Shown here: piece after piece, positions 24,816 to 39,015 of the stretch | How the letters are laid out: every line of letters starts with the position of its first letter | Position numbering within the stretch: the first letter of the stretch is position 1 | Assembly: GCA_013265495.1 (NCBI GenBank) | Contig: MU058418.1 | Location: forward strand, 2,382,917-2,446,916 | Direction of reading: 5' to 3' | From: Vicugna vicugna | Taxonomy: Eukaryota | Length of the DNA stretch: 64,000 bases | Translations under genes and position numbers: made by a program | The notes under the pieces: generated by a model | What the model saw: the letters and a program-made list of their open reading frames with translations, nothing else | The model's database searches: none | Told to the model about the DNA's origin: nothing

Positions 24816-25554
24816 CTAATCTTTAGATAACTCAGTGGCATCATTACGAAGATCACCTATTGCAATCTGCTTTGGTCCAGTGCTGCTTGCTGGACTTCTT
24901 GAGGTGTGTAGAGGGCCATTTGCCCCACACTAAATGCCCCCAGAGAGCTGTGATGCTCTAGCAACTGGCTTTCTCTCTCCCCCGACTCAGGACTGTTCTG
25001 CTCTGCATTGTTACTTCTCTCTTTGGGTACGATGGCAGCACCATGGTTAGCTGTTCCTGTCTGATGTCTGTTGGACCCTCCCCTTTGCTCCTTTTTCTCT
25101 CCCTCTCCTTTCCCTGCAGCTTCTCACTTTGTACTTTAGTCTTTCAACATTGACTTTTAGGGCCAGTAACAGTCACCCTGTGCTCTGCTGAGGCGCTATC
25201 TAGACACACTGCCTCTTTCAGTCTTCTTATCTGAGGTTCTTATTGATTATTTTAATCACAGTTTAGTTTTCTCTTATGTTCAGACTACTGACACCTCCAC
25301 ATTGTGGAAAGTGCTGGAAACAGAGCAGTGGAAATGTACAAAGGGGATTTCCAACAGTCCTGTGAGACACATGGGAAACTAGGCATTAGAACTAGAAAAG
25401 AGATGGGCCACTCCTCCTCCGTAACTTCACCCAGACTCCCCTGGGCCCCCTCTGCACACAACTGCCCCATTCCTCCCACTTCCATACAGGGATGGGCTGG
25501 GCCAAAGGTCACTATACATCAGGAGGGTATAATTTCTGTTCACTGGGGGCTGGC

Positions 25555-25715
25555 ACCCTGGGACTCAGACTTGGGCCTCAATCCTGGCTCGCTCTTCGCA
25601 TGGCTGTGTGATGTCAGGTGAGGCCCTTCACCTCTCTGGGCCTCAGCTTGTTCATCTGCAAAATGAGGGGTTTAGACTGAAATGAGCTCTGAGTTCTCTT
25701 TAGCCCTGCCACTCT
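25555..25715 (+). mobile_element. MIR SINE remnant
   Basis: CCTCTCTGGGCCTCAGCTTGTTCATCTGCAAAATGAGGGG core. Confidence 0.75.
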
Positions 25716-25984
25716 GTTCTGAGCAGGTGGCCAGCCAAGATCCCATCTGTGATGTGGCTTACAGAGATGCTGTATTGGCTGAAAATTAGCTTACTCCTCA
25801 GAATCTCAGGGGATCTCTTGCTTAAATAATTCCGGAGGGGGTTCATTATATCCAGAGGCTTCTCTACACATTTTGGCTTTGACTAAGGTGGAAATGCTTT
25901 GAAAATTATTGGAATTTCATGTCCTAGAAGTTCACCATGGAGCTCCAACCACATTAGAGGAAGGTGTATGAAGAAGGGAGAAGT

Positions 25985-26520
25985 GAGCTATTCTTGTCAG
26001 CTCCTCTGCTAAAACCCTTGTAGCTCCCCATCACCACTAAAATGAAGTTTGACTCCTTCACATGGCTAGCCAAACCCTTCATCATTTACTCCCTGGCAGC
26101 TTCTCCCCACAGACCTCTTCTCAGCCATGCCAGATTCCTGTTAGTGCTTGCATATGCTGCTCTCATCCGTCTCTAAGGCCTGGTATGTTCTGTTACCACC
26201 TACCTCAACCTTCTTGCCCTCCCCTCCAATCCCCTCTTCCCAGCTGGTGACTAATTCCTCAGGTCCTAGCTTACATGTTCCTCCACCTCAGACCAGATTA
26301 GGTCTCCACAGGATGTTCTCCAAGTGCCCTGAGCTTTCTCCAGCCTGGTATTCATCACCCTTTCTGGTAATAATTTCTCTAAATTGCCTCTCCTTGCTAG
26401 ACCGTTAGTGCCAAGGGACCCTGCCCACTTTGTCACCATCATATCCCAAAGTCTGGGACAAGCCTTGTGTTTAAAAGGTATTCAAAGCATACATGTTAAA
26501 GGAAGGTTAAGGAATGAATT
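25985..26520 (+). mobile_element. L2 LINE 3' remnant
   Basis: CTCCTCTGCTAAAACCCTT... through CTAGACCGTTAGTGCCAAGGGA...AATGAA tail. Confidence 0.6.
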
Positions 26521-27891
26521 TGCTTCCTCTTCATGATGAAAAATACCTTCTCTTTTTGGCACCGCTGGGGCAACTGGTCCAGAAGCCTTGAAAGTGATCC
26601 AGTTAAGTGGCTTAATTAGCTGAAAGCTAAATGATGAAGAGATGTCTGGTGGTGCTGGGTGGGCTGCAGATGGGGCTCTAAACCATTCTGGTGGCTGGGA
26701 TGGTGATGTTATTAGATGTTGTTAGCACATCACATAGCAGCATAGGAAGATGGCTCAGCTAATCAAATGACTATTTAAAAGGCGAAAAGTAAGGAGACTG
26801 TTTCCAACTTTTAAACAAAGGGGGCATTAAATCCTTTTCACTTTGATCCTTTGACTTATTAGTCAAGTTAATTTCCAACTGCGTAAGGCCCTAGGATAGC
26901 AGATTTGTCTTTTCCTGCTCAGCATCCTTCAGTGCCCTCAAGCAGCGGCACCTAGCATAGCTAAATCACACACTCCTGGGAAAAATGTGGGGTCTCAGAG
27001 GCAGAGGGAAGCCAAGAGGCCAGCTAGGAAACCCATCCGTTACTACAGGTTCTTCTAATTCTAATCTCTATGAATAACAGATGTTCACAGAACAAAGTGT
27101 CCATTAAACAGCATTTAGATAAAGACACATGGCAACCAAGCTCCTTACACTTTCAGAGGTAGCTACTACAGCTGAAGAAAAGTACTCTAAATGCTGAGTG
27201 GTTATGTTAAGATAGGGGCATGTTTGATTTCTCTTTATTTTCTGTATTCCAAATTATTAATTTAATAATGGAAATATTAATTTATAGTAAAGAAAACATA
27301 AAGTGGGGACTATACTGTCTAGTATTAAAGACAACATAGTACTGTGACCTTCTTAGAAAAGTTAAAAATGTAATACTTGGCCTCTTGTTCCAAATTTCTA
27401 GTTCAATTTCCTGCCAGGATTCTCAATACACAGCAGCAAGGTCAACTCTTAATCAACTCTTAATCACTGTAGCGAGAGCTGGGATGGCGTGGGCTTGCAG
27501 CAATCATCTCTCTGTAAGAACAAGCACCCTGCAACACATTTTAGGATGAGCGATGACTCACTCAAAAATACGCTTGCTGGTGGAGTTCTACAGAAAATCA
27601 TACCAGTAAATAGTGGAAACCAAGGTACACGGGGGCCCACTGAAGGGAAAGGCCACCTTTTATCCAGCGAGATTTTAAAAGGCTTAAAAAGTAGATTTCC
27701 TTCTTTTAGGTTAATTCTAAATTAAGAATTTATTTGGAAATTGAAAAAGACAACAAAGCTCATGTTTACCACTATGTTTAAGAATAAACAGGATGAGGAA
27801 GGTAAAATCTGAACCGACTACATTATTTTCATGTTCAATTAAGACCTGCTTATTTTTAAGCAGGAGGTCTTTAGTATCTTTATTTCCCATG

Positions 27892-28355
27892 TGTATTAGT
27901 TTCCTAATGCCACTGTAACAAATCATCACAAACTTAGTGGCTTTAAGCCACACAAATGTATTCTCTTACAATTCTAGAGGCCAGAAGTCCACAGCCAATG
28001 TCACTGGGTTGGTTTCTTCCAGAGGCTCTACAGGAAAATCCATTTCCCACTTTGTCCAGCTTCTGAAAGCTGTCCTCATTCCTTGGCTCACTGCTCCCCA
28101 TCCTATCACCTCTTCTTCTCCCGCCTCCCTCATTCCATGGCCTTCTCTGACTCTGCCCTCTGGCCTCCTTCTTAGAAGGACCCTTGTGATTACACTGAGT
28201 CTGCGCAGATAATCCATAATCATCTCTTCATCTCAAGATATTTAACTTAATCACATATATAGACAATATTTACCATGTAAGGTGATATACACAGGTTCCA
28301 GGGAGCAGGACATAAACAACTTTGAGAAGGAGGAGGCATCATTCACCCTATCACA
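27892..28355 (-). mobile_element. MaLR solo LTR (MLT1D-like)
   Basis: TG...CA termini, 5-bp TSD CCATG/CTATG, typical MLT1 body. Confidence 0.88.
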
Positions 28356-31300
28356 CTATGTATAACAAAATTCTCTATTTGGCTAAAATTGACAAACTTT
28401 TGAAAATATAGAGAGCAAGCATTGTTTAGTTAATAAATGTATTTCAATATCTGTGATGTGTTATAACTATACTGTAATATGCGCCCCCCCAAAATGTTCC
28501 CAAATCAGAGACTTACCTATTTTAATAGCTTTTCATAGTTTCATCAATTTTTCTGACAAAGATAAAAATTTAAATAAAATCAGCATTTGTCTCATAGCTA
28601 TGAAGGCCAAGAATTTTTTAAGTGATGAAATATATACTTTAAAATCAAAATGATCATTAAATTGGGTCTCACTAATTTGATTAATAATAAACGGGGTATT
28701 TTATTTTGTGAAATAACTTGTTCAAAAAGTTAGCTTTGAATCAGCTAGAAAGGGGCAAATGATGTTTGATTAGCTCTTTTTAAGAAAACAGAGAAGCATA
28801 TGGGCTTTTTTGGTAAGTTTCATAAAAATTAAGTGAAGTTTTCCCTTTCTAACTTGCATGAAAGGATAAAACTTCAACCACCCAGAAACCCTGGCTCCCC
28901 TAAATGAGTTACTCTCTGGTATCCAGGAAGCAATGATTTTTTTTGGTAAATTAATTTTTCATTATTTTGCATTCTACACATTCAGAATTTTTGATAATTC
29001 TATCCTAGCTGAAAAGACTAAAATTTTGCCTTCGTCTAATCTACAAAGAAATGGTTTGCCAAGCAACCTAACAACAAATAAATAAGATTTCAAAGAGATA
29101 TATTTAGTCTGCTTATCAAAAAAATGTAAATAAATTCCTCTGAAATTCTCCTATGCAAATAAAAACTACTCAAATATGTATTTTCTGTTCATTATTCTTA
29201 ATGTAGAAACATCTTAATATCAGCTCCAGTTTATGTACATGAAAATAGTAAAAAAAAAAAAAATTCATTTTTAAAAAATTTAAAATTCAGACTGACCACT
29301 TCAGTTTGTCCAAATTAATGAGGTTTTTTCCTTTTCCCCCTGTGCCTTATATTACAATTAAAGCAATGACACCTAAATAATTTGAAAACTATTTAAGTAA
29401 AATGAAAAGATGTTTTAAAGGCACAATCATCATTTATGACAATTCAAGATGTGAATTATATTAAAGACTTTCTTTGTTAAATTGAAAAGATCAAACACCA
29501 TTTTAAATCGAGAAACATGTTCTAATATATTCAACACGCAGCAATTTACAAAAACTTCACAAATGTTTGCAATTATCCTAATTTTTCTCTTACAGTCTAA
29601 TTTGCAAACACTGGGAAAACAATTTCTATATTCTGTAAGTCACAAACAGATGAAAAACTGCAACCACAGACAAAGGAGAAGTCTGCATGTGATTCTTAAG
29701 ATAACCGAAGTCCTGGAGTTGCTCACATAGATGTAGGTTAAAAACACAACCCTTGGAAATGTATCTGGGAGATTAGGGTTAGGATTCGTAATTTTTAATT
29801 TAAAGCTGGTTTAGCATCTTGCTATTGTATGTTCAGAAGAGTTTATAAACAGAGGTTGTATCTGACTACACTATTTAGAAAAAAGAAATTAAATTCAGCC
29901 AAACAATTATTTTGTTTCCTGTAGCAACTGGATTTAGTAGTCCAATAGATTATAACTAGATAGTAATTGGTTAGCTCTTTTGATTTCTAAATGGTTGATT
30001 ATTGAAATATTGGTTTAAAAACAAAAAGCTTTTTAAAAAATAAAGTAAAAGCAAAAAACTTTGAATAAATAATATTACATATATGAGATTTGCTTTGAAT
30101 TAATCTGAGAGTGGAGGTGGATTATTATAGTTGGAAAAGATGGGTCATGAATTGATAGCTGTTAAAGCTGGGTGATGAGTACACAGGAATTTGTTATATC
30201 CTTCTCTCTACTTCTGGTATGTTTGATATTTTCCACAATAAGGGGAAAAAGGAAAAGCTTAAGTTGCCAACCTTTGAAAGAAAACAAAACTAATTACTAG
30301 TTTAGCATCAGAAAAGGAAAAATCAAACTGAATTGTGGTTAGTTAGCCTCGTTTTTTTAACATCTCCAGTGTTTACACTGCAGACATCTACAGATGTTTC
30401 ATACAGTTCAGTTCGGTCTAGAACTGAGTCTTTCAGACCTGCTGCACTCACCATACAAGCATGGGCGAGTCAGTCCTCAGAATGCTGGCAGCTTGAGGTC
30501 CCCTTTCCAGAGCTTCTGGGTGATCCCTGGGCAACCTCAGCCCACCTGCCATCCAGATATTATTAAGCCCAAGGAATTCATGGTTGAACACTATGAGGTT
30601 TCCATATAATAATGATTTTGTGGTTTTCCAAGCCCCCAGGCCCCTCATTGAATGGGAACTAACCATAATTCAATACCTGATTCTCACTGAAAATGGGCAT
30701 ATATGCACAAGCACACCTACACTCGCACATTTAACAATGTATAATTATACCCCTACCTTGTTCCCAAAAGGATTTAAGATATTTGTGCACATATGAAATA
30801 AAACTTAAATTAGTTTTGCGATTTAAAATGTCTCTCCCTAAAATAAAGCTCCATGAATATTTATTTTATATTTGCATAAAAAAGGCAAACACCTTATCAT
30901 GAGACCCTTCTGTTCAGTTGGCTCACGTCACTCAAGCTCACGATGAGAAACTGTCCTATTTATACACAGAATGTTAGATTTGCTTTTGATTGAGATGTGG
31001 TTAAGATCAGAAAAGCTACCCTGTTAAGAATTTTGCTTTCCCTCAATGACATGCACTTCAAATTCCCATTTCACGATACCTTGGATTGTTTTCAGTCATG
31101 ACAACAGGGGCCCATACCTTGTAAATTTACACATACAAGTGCAGTTGTTCTAATACTTCTTGCATAGAAAGGCACTCTCTACTGGAGATAAGTCTGCTTT
31201 CCCCTTTGTCAACTCATCACCCATCATCAATAAAAGTCCCAGAGTCAAAAAGTAGGAGGAAGCAATTTCCTTGCTACACTAGAACAAAAGGAGCCAAATC

Positions 31301-33439
31301 TCCAAAGATGAGTTTGACCATCCAAGGGCTTAAGAAGTGGAGAAAACACGTTCTGCTTGAGCACTCCAAGCAGTTGGTACTACCCAATTACACCCACTTA
31401 TAATCATTGCATAGATTGAATCCCATTTGGCAAAAATACTTCTGTTAGTTTGCAGGCAATTGGAGCTTGACCTTCCTGGGTAACAGCAGGGCTGGGCATG
31501 CTCCAGGCACAGCCATTCCAGCCTGAGGGACTCAGGGACAAGGGAAACACTGGAAGGTCATTACAAACCTAGTTAACCTGGAATAAGGAATTACAATCAC
31601 ATTTTTCTTTTTCATTCAACATTTAAAAAACAGCTATTAGTGCCAGACACTGACTGTGTGTCAAAAATCCAAGGATGTCTAAATCCTGGTTCCCCAACCT
31701 CACTGTGCTCCTGAGACCTGTGACTAAAGTAATTCTCATTACACACGCTTGAGAACATTTAGTAGATTAACCAATGGGAGCAATGAAAAGCTAGTAAATG
31801 TGGTCACTGATAAACAAAGGTCCCTCAAGAGCCATTCAGAATAGCCTAGAAAATTAGTGTGAGCATACAGACTATATGTAATTCTCCAAATTATTTGTGA
31901 GGCACTGAATGTCAGTCCTGACCCCAAGCCCCTCTGGTGCTTTACTATCCTCAGAAGCAAAAAGCAGGACTCCTAGTGAATGGCGCCCAGGAAGGAAATT
32001 TTTCATAAGGAGAGGAGGTTGGGGTGTTCTGGACTTTGGGCTATGATGGCGCTATGATGCCTTAGTCCCACGCCCTGGAGTATGTCTCATCTGAATGTTG
32101 GTTTGATTGCGTTGCACTGAAATCTGGTTAGGGCCTGATGGATGTATGCTATTCCCCTTGAAGAAGAAATTGCCCTTAGCAACAAACAGATTTCACTGAG
32201 AGAAGAAACTCCTTTTGCTCTTGAGTTAGTTGCTCAAGGAGTCCAAGGTTCTCTGGAATGGTCTGGATTGTAGAGGAAAACTTGTACGTACCTTAGTGAG
32301 TCAGGCTGGCGACCAAGAAGCAAGGCACTTTGTATTCTTAAACCTGGCTAAATATCCTAGTCCTTGGGCAGAGCTTTTTAAATATGCAAATTCCCAGGCC
32401 CCACCCCAGTCTTACAGACCAGTCTCTAAGGGTTGGATGGAAATATGTTTTTTCATAAAGTTCTCCTAGTTGGAAATCACTTAGTTGGAAGACTACAGAC
32501 TAAAGATGAGTGAGCTGTATTTTGTAAGTCTAAATAACTAATAACAGTATCTTCCTCTCTGCGTTTTTTTTCCCATTATGTTGTCCCTCAACCCATAGCA
32601 TAGCCTTGTTTAAACACTCTGGCCACATCTATTGTGTACTATGAGTTGTGTGCCCATGCTTATGCCAAAATATTAAAAGTGAAGTAACACTGGGCTTAGA
32701 GATCAACCTTCATCTCTCTGAGCACCAGTTTCCTCATCTGTTCAGCAGTAAATGGAATTAAGAATGTATATAATGCGTTTAATGCAATGCTTGTAGGTCC
32801 CCAATATGCAATATTTCTAAAAACCTAGTTGCAATACCTATGTGGTGATAAGTAAAGATTCTCATTTCTTCTGGCTTTTTGCTATGAAAGGCAGCAATTT
32901 CCATGCCCAGGTGGAGGATATTAACAATCAACTGGGCAGTGACAGGAACCCAAGGACACTGGGCCCATGTCATGCACAAAAATATAAAATTTGTATCTGA
33001 ATGATGGAAGATTCATTATTCACATTTCACAGTAGGACTGTCTTACAGAAAATGATTCAAAGTTGGATTTCTTCCATCTACCAGCCCCTCTACTATATGT
33101 AAAATAGAATTTAATCCACACAAATCTTTCTCAGGAAATCATCTCCTGCATTAGACAAGGTCCAGTATTTATGAAAGAGAAATTTCCAAATGTAAAACCA
33201 AGTGGGAAGATGAATTATCATCTAGGAGCTCCATCAGCTCTCATTTTCCTTGTTTCTGGACTAATTTATTCTTTAACGTAGACTCAAACCACCAGAGTTT
33301 ACCATCACATTCAGCAACTATTATTGTACCTACTGTGTCCGTGGTGCTGTGTTAGGTGAGGGGGTCAGCTTGGGGGTGGGAGTGAAGGACTGGGATACAT
33401 GAAGGGAAACAGTGCAGGCAGCCAAATTACAGTAAGAAC

Positions 33440-33945
33440 AGGTGCATCCCCTTCCATGGCTACGAGGCCTCACATCATCTGCCCTGCCCACTCCTCTTAC
33501 CACCCTCCCCTGTGCTCACTCTGCCCCACCTCACTGGCCCCTTTCTCTTCTTCCTCAGTCCCAAGCCTGTTCCCACTTCAGGACATGGGCCATGTGGTCC
33601 CCTCTGTGAGTGGACTCCCCTCCCCACCCATTTTTCATAGACACTACTTCTCTTGACTGGAGGAGCCCAGCACTGCCACCTCTTCTGAAAGGCCCCTTCC
33701 TGACCATCCAAATTAACAGCCCCTTTCCTCTCTTCTCCTCTTAATGTCTCTCAATCCCTTTCTGGCTTCCTTCATAGTATGAGACCTCCAATCATTTATT
33801 GTTATTTTACTTATTTGTCTGTTAACTGGGGTTTTAACCGTCTCCCTCACAAGAGTGCAAAGCCCAAGACGGTATCCTCAGTACCTATCACTGTGTTTTG
33901 AATGTGGATGGTGCCCAGTAAATATCTTAAAGTAAATGAATGATG
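33440..33945 (+). mobile_element. L2 LINE 3' remnant
   Basis: Pyrimidine-rich L2 text ending ...GGTGCCCAGTAAATATCTTAAAGTAAATGAATGA. Confidence 0.65.
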
Positions 33946-34354
33946 TAACAAGTCACAGCAAAGTAAGAGGGAAGATACAGAATTACAGAAATTAAAGAGA
34001 CTGGCGTTCAGAGGAAGAAGAGAGAGCCCCCCAGTGCAGAGGGAAGATGGTTGGGGTCCCTTTTCTGAGTGGTAACAGGCCAACAGTCTCACTAGACTTG
34101 GGAGGGTGGGTGTTGGCCACATCCCTGGTGCTCTCTTGGCAGACAGCCACAGGGTCAACCATCCAAGAAGCCACTGGATGTTTGGGGCATGTCTCAATAA
34201 GATGCCAGAAAACAATATTTATGGGTCACCTGGGCCCCAACTTAATCAACATGAACTTGACTCTGAGGGGCCCAGGCTGCATAAACCTCAAAAGCCATTC
34301 CTGAGATAACGACCAAGACCTCCTTAGTGTAGACGGCATCCTCGCTCTCACATT

Positions 34355-34570
34355 AAACATTAATAACTCACATTTACTGAGTATCTGCTTATGTGTTAGG
34401 CACTAACTTTATCATTTAATGCCCACAGCAACCCTATAAAGCAGATATTACTCAGGAAACTAAAGTAGAAAGGAGTTAGGTGATTTATCAATGTCACCCA
34501 AGCGAGGAAGTGGTAACATCGGGGCTCTGTCCCAGGCACCTGACTCCAGAGCCTGTTCTTTGAAACCCCA
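34355..34570 (-). mobile_element. MIR SINE remnant
   Basis: ACATTTACTGAGTATCTGCTTATGTGTTAGGCACT...CACAGCAACCCTAT...CCTGACTCCAGAGCC. Confidence 0.75.
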
Positions 34571-36049
34571 CATGACCTCACCTCCTGGAGCTGTTCATAT
34601 ACACTGTTGGTGCTTTGTATTCCTAACCACTCTAGCCCAAATGGAGTTTGCTAAATATTTAAAAGCAGTTCCTTAGTTTGACAACCTATTATGGGAAACT
34701 CTACTTTCTCTTTTGATAACATGGGAGCTCAGTTAATTTATCTGTGACAGTGGTGTGGTTTTACACACAGTAGGATGTTTTTAACAGCCTGATTATTTGG
34801 CATCTTGCCAGAACAGGAAGAGATCCTGTCATAGTCTTACCCAGCTTTGGGGCCACAAGGTCAACCTACTGATTTGCTGAAAGTATTCAGAGGTGTCTTT
34901 CCACCACTTGATGAATCTTCCTCCTCCTCCTCTTTCTCCACAAGCTGCCTTTTAGCTTTCTTCCCCACCCTCGCCAGCATACAATCTCAAATTAAAATGC
35001 CAGCTGGAAGACTGGCACAGTCACGTGCCCAAGCTCACGTGGACGTGCTAAGTGCTGCTATTACCGAGAAGTCACTGGTAGCGTGCAAGGATGCCAAAGA
35101 ACGAATCCTCAGTCTTTCTCATCCAAAATGATGCAGAGGCAAAAAGGCACAACTTCCCTGAAAACTCAGAAGTGGTGTCACCTTTGTTTGTCTGAGTTGG
35201 CATGCAGTTGTGGAACTGTCCATACTATTGAGACCGTGTGTATAGACGGGAATGAGTCTTTTGGCTTCCTGCACAGAACTGCTGTGTAAACTCATTCATG
35301 CCAATATCAACATCTGGATCTGTTAGGAAAGAATAGGGAAGACAAGAGCCCCCTGATGTCTTTTCCCCACGAGTGACAGCTCTCACAGAAACCAGGTATG
35401 CTCAGAGCTCTACTGCTTTTTATCTCAAACCCCTTGTTCTGGTAAGATGAACATAAAGGTTTAAAACGGGTCCAGGTTAATGTTCCACACACAGTGTTAA
35501 TACCATGTTGCCAGAAATGTATGCTTTTTCTGCCGTAAGTCTGTTGCAATTCAAAACAGGATTTTTTTTTTCTCATCAACTGATAGAAAAATCTAAATTT
35601 GGTTTTATGGCCAAATTCTAGAAAACCACTGAAAGATATTTTTAATCTTAGGAGAAGCATCAGATTATACTCCCCCCCCCAACCCCGGTTGCTTATTGTA
35701 ACAAAGTCATTCTAACAAGTTCTTCCAGAGACATTTCTAAAAGCCTGTAATTAGAAGCAGACAGAACTAGGACTTTTTACTAAGCAAGAATTTTCATATA
35801 TACCTTGAAATATGTTAACAGTGGTCACCTGTGGTGGTGATCCTAAAATGACCTGACTTGTAATAAAAGATGTCAGAGTCTGAATACAGCTACCTCATTG
35901 GGTGACTGTTATATTTCTTTAGAAAGTATTTTTACATCATCTACTTAAGTTGGACATAGGAATACCCTGCGCCTCAGCCATTTTCATTGCTATAGAGTTG
36001 GAATTTTCTGAAGTAGAGTGCAGGCTTTTTAATTCTATCAAACGCTTCA

Positions 36050-36430
36050 GATATGCAGACCTGTGCAAAAATATTCATAGCAGCACTATTTTGTAATAGT
36101 CGAAAAGTAGAAACAACCATAGTGCCTACCAACAGTAGAATGGAAAAATTGAGGTCTAGTCACAGAACAGAATTCCACACAAAAATTAAAATGAAAAACT
36201 ATTGCCACATGCAATAGCATAGATGAATCTAACATAGCGTTGCATGAAAGAAGGCACACACAAAAGAAAACACATTGTTTGTGTCCACTTGTATGACAGA
36301 GTTTTAATAGTCTCCACCAGTGATGGAATCACTGGGGCTCACTCTGTAGTCGTCACATCAGTTACATATTTTGGGTTTGGTGTACTTTTCCATATGTGAG
36401 TTACACTTCACAATAAAAATAATTTTTAAA
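36050..36430 (+). mobile_element. Old L1ME-like 3' remnant
   Basis: TATTCATAGCAGCACTATTT...AGAAACAACC...AACAGTAGAATGG; highly diverged. Confidence 0.65.
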
Positions 36431-37327
36431 AAGAAAATTAATAGGAAGGAACTAAAGTCAATGTATACGGCTCATATTCTCAAATAATTTAGGAAAAACT
36501 CTGGCTTTATCCACATCCATTTTCCCATTCAAACCTGGATGTATGAGGCCAGAAGCCAAAGGCAAAAGTGGGTCTTTCTGGGAGCCTTTATGGTGGCTCT
36601 AAATCAAATTAGCTCCTGAGTTCCCAGTTCCACCTGTGAAAGATACCTAGTCTTGAACTCAGGAGTTCCAAATTCCATGTGACCAGATTCCTAAAGCCTT
36701 TTTACTTGATGAACAAATTGTGCTGTCAAGAAAGCGTCAAAATTCTATCAAGCTTAATTATGCAATTTCTGTCTTTAAATGACATACCTCCTGCACCGGG
36801 TGAGACCCACTCGTGCACTAATAGGATATGACAGCTGCATCACCAACAAAGCCTCCCCCGCCTTCAGTTCTCTTCAGAGGTGAATGCTTCCTGCTCAGGA
36901 GGTACTGACAGGCCCTTTGAGAAATGTGAACCCAGCGAAGTCGCAAATCTGAGACAGTGTGCCTGCCCAGACCCACCCAAGGACAATCTCACTCTACCAG
37001 TGGGTGTATGAAGGGGCGAAGAGGGGAGATTCATCACATTTTCACCTTTTCAGACCAAAATACGTTCCTGTTTGAGGCTTTGGAATTCTTTTCATGACGT
37101 TTTTTTATTTTTAAAAAATAGTTGAAAACTTTTTTTTTTTGGTCAAGGTCTATGTAGTGTATTCCTGTCCAGAGGCACCCCCTTCATGAGTGCCCTGAAC
37201 TGAGGACTCGTCTGTAACCTTCTCCTGTTACGGCCTTTAAGGTAAAAGGGACAATATCTGTTCTCTAGGCTTTCTTGTCTCTTTACCCTCTTTGAATGAA
37301 TAAACAAATGACTGAAAGGTAAGGTTT

Positions 37328-38363
37328 TGAAACGGAGCAGAATTCTGCAGGGCGCCCCCTCCCAGTGCAGAACTGAGCAGTTAAAGATTAGGACAAGAAG
37401 GTCACAGACTGTGTCTGATGCACATTCCTGAATTGTTTTACTGGTACTATAACTGCCACCAGAGGGGGAAAAAACCTAACTGTATGATGACCAGACTGTA
37501 GACAAGACATCAGCTGCTCCATCTTGAGCAGTACTAAATCTAGGACTAGCACAATCCCAAGAACTGGCCTCAGGAGAACGGGATTACCATTATTACTCAT
37601 GATAATCTCTATCTTTGTGGGCATCAAAATAACTGTGGTCTGCTCTGCCTGTGTATGTAAGCAGGCAACCAAAATTGTCAGAAAAGAGATGCTACAGACC
37701 CATATCGACAGCTTCTACCCTGAGAATACGGTGCCTTAAGTCAGCATGAAGAAACTGTAGAAGATGGAGCTTCGCCCCTAACCTCATGGAAATGTAATGA
37801 CGTTTAAAAGTGGGAAGGTGAAAATAGCTCTTATACCCCTTTCCTGTTTGCCCGTTTCTGTTCCCCTCTAACCTTGAAAGACTCTAACTATAGGAATGAG
37901 ATTACTAAGCAATTTAACCTAACTTCTGACTTACGCTCTCCTGAATGCACACCATGCCTTGCCTAATCTGCGGATTCTTTTCCTAGATCAAAAGAAGTAA
38001 GAATGAAGAATTGAGTAGTGAAAGAATGATAATCTCACTACCCCCAATAGTCCCTTTAGCAATCGTGCAGGCAGATCAGGGTGGGGCAAGATAACATCTA
38101 AAGAGAGAGCCAGTCTGCACACAATGGAGAACGACACAGAACCCAGCCTCCTGCCTAGACGATTCACCGACAGACTTCCCCTCTTTTTCCCTTTAAAACT
38201 GTCATCGCTGAACAGAATCTTTGAAGTTGGTCTCTGGACAGTAGTTCACCTTCTCCCCAGATTGCCAGCCATTCTGATTAAAGCACCTTTCCTTTCTACT
38301 GACACTTGCCTCTTGTACAGTTGGCTTTTGAGTGATGAGCAGCTGAGCTTGAGTTTGGTAACA
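37328..38363 (+). mobile_element. ERV1-class solo LTR (~1.04 kb)
   Basis: TG...CA termini flanked by a perfect 4-bp TSD GTTT (37324-37327 / 38364-38367); TATA-like TTTAAAA 38192-38198 and ATTAAA 38277-38282 in LTR order. Confidence 0.75.
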
Positions 38364-39015
38364 GTTTCTGAGTCTCAAGAGAAAATAAAAGTTCTTTCAG
38401 CATTGGCTACAAACACATTATTCCAAATGTATTTGGGTTGGGAAAAGGAAACATCCAGTGAACTGAAAAGAAAAAAGGAATGGTCCCCTCCCCTGCTCCC
38501 CCGAACCACACACTCAATCCCTCACTCAATTCCCACTTGAGTTCAAAGGAGGATGCCAGAAGAAGTGAGATACATCAGCATATGCAGCCCCTGCTCTTTA
38601 GAGCCATCCACAGGCATATGGAAGGTGCTGACTAAACACAAGAAAGAGCTGTAAGATAATGGGTCTGGAACGTTTATTTTATTTATTTTTCACTAGTATT
38701 ATCAACAACAACCTCTATATCCAAAGGTGGAAACTTTAGTAGAGGCTACAACATTATTTCAGTGGTGCTGATTCTACTGCAAACATTTTGGTAATACAAA
38801 TGATCCTGAACAACACAACTTTGAATGTTTTTGCATGCAACAAGGCCCTTATGAAATGTAAGAACTGGGGGGAGTACTTGTGGATGATTATATAAAGCCA
38901 GTTCAAAGAAAGGGGCATGTTCTTTGCTTCCCCTAGTATATTGTTACTGGGGGGGAAAGTGGGAAAGTTTGGGAACAACAAAAGGAAAAACAGGGGCTGG
39001 AAAAATCCTCCAAAC

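Noticed and set aside
27443..27466. Short tandem duplications (TCAACTCTTAA x2; also ATAATAATGGTGG x2 near 4899)
   Set aside because: Ordinary slippage duplications; no array structure.
28370..30070. Long AT-rich stretch, considered as a decayed transposase or pseudogene
   Set aside because: No convincing protein motif in the parts I translated; needs a translated search.
31981..31998. TGGCGCCCA resembling a tRNA-Lys primer-binding site
   Set aside because: Only ~9 nt match, with no adjacent LTR end or internal ERV sequence.
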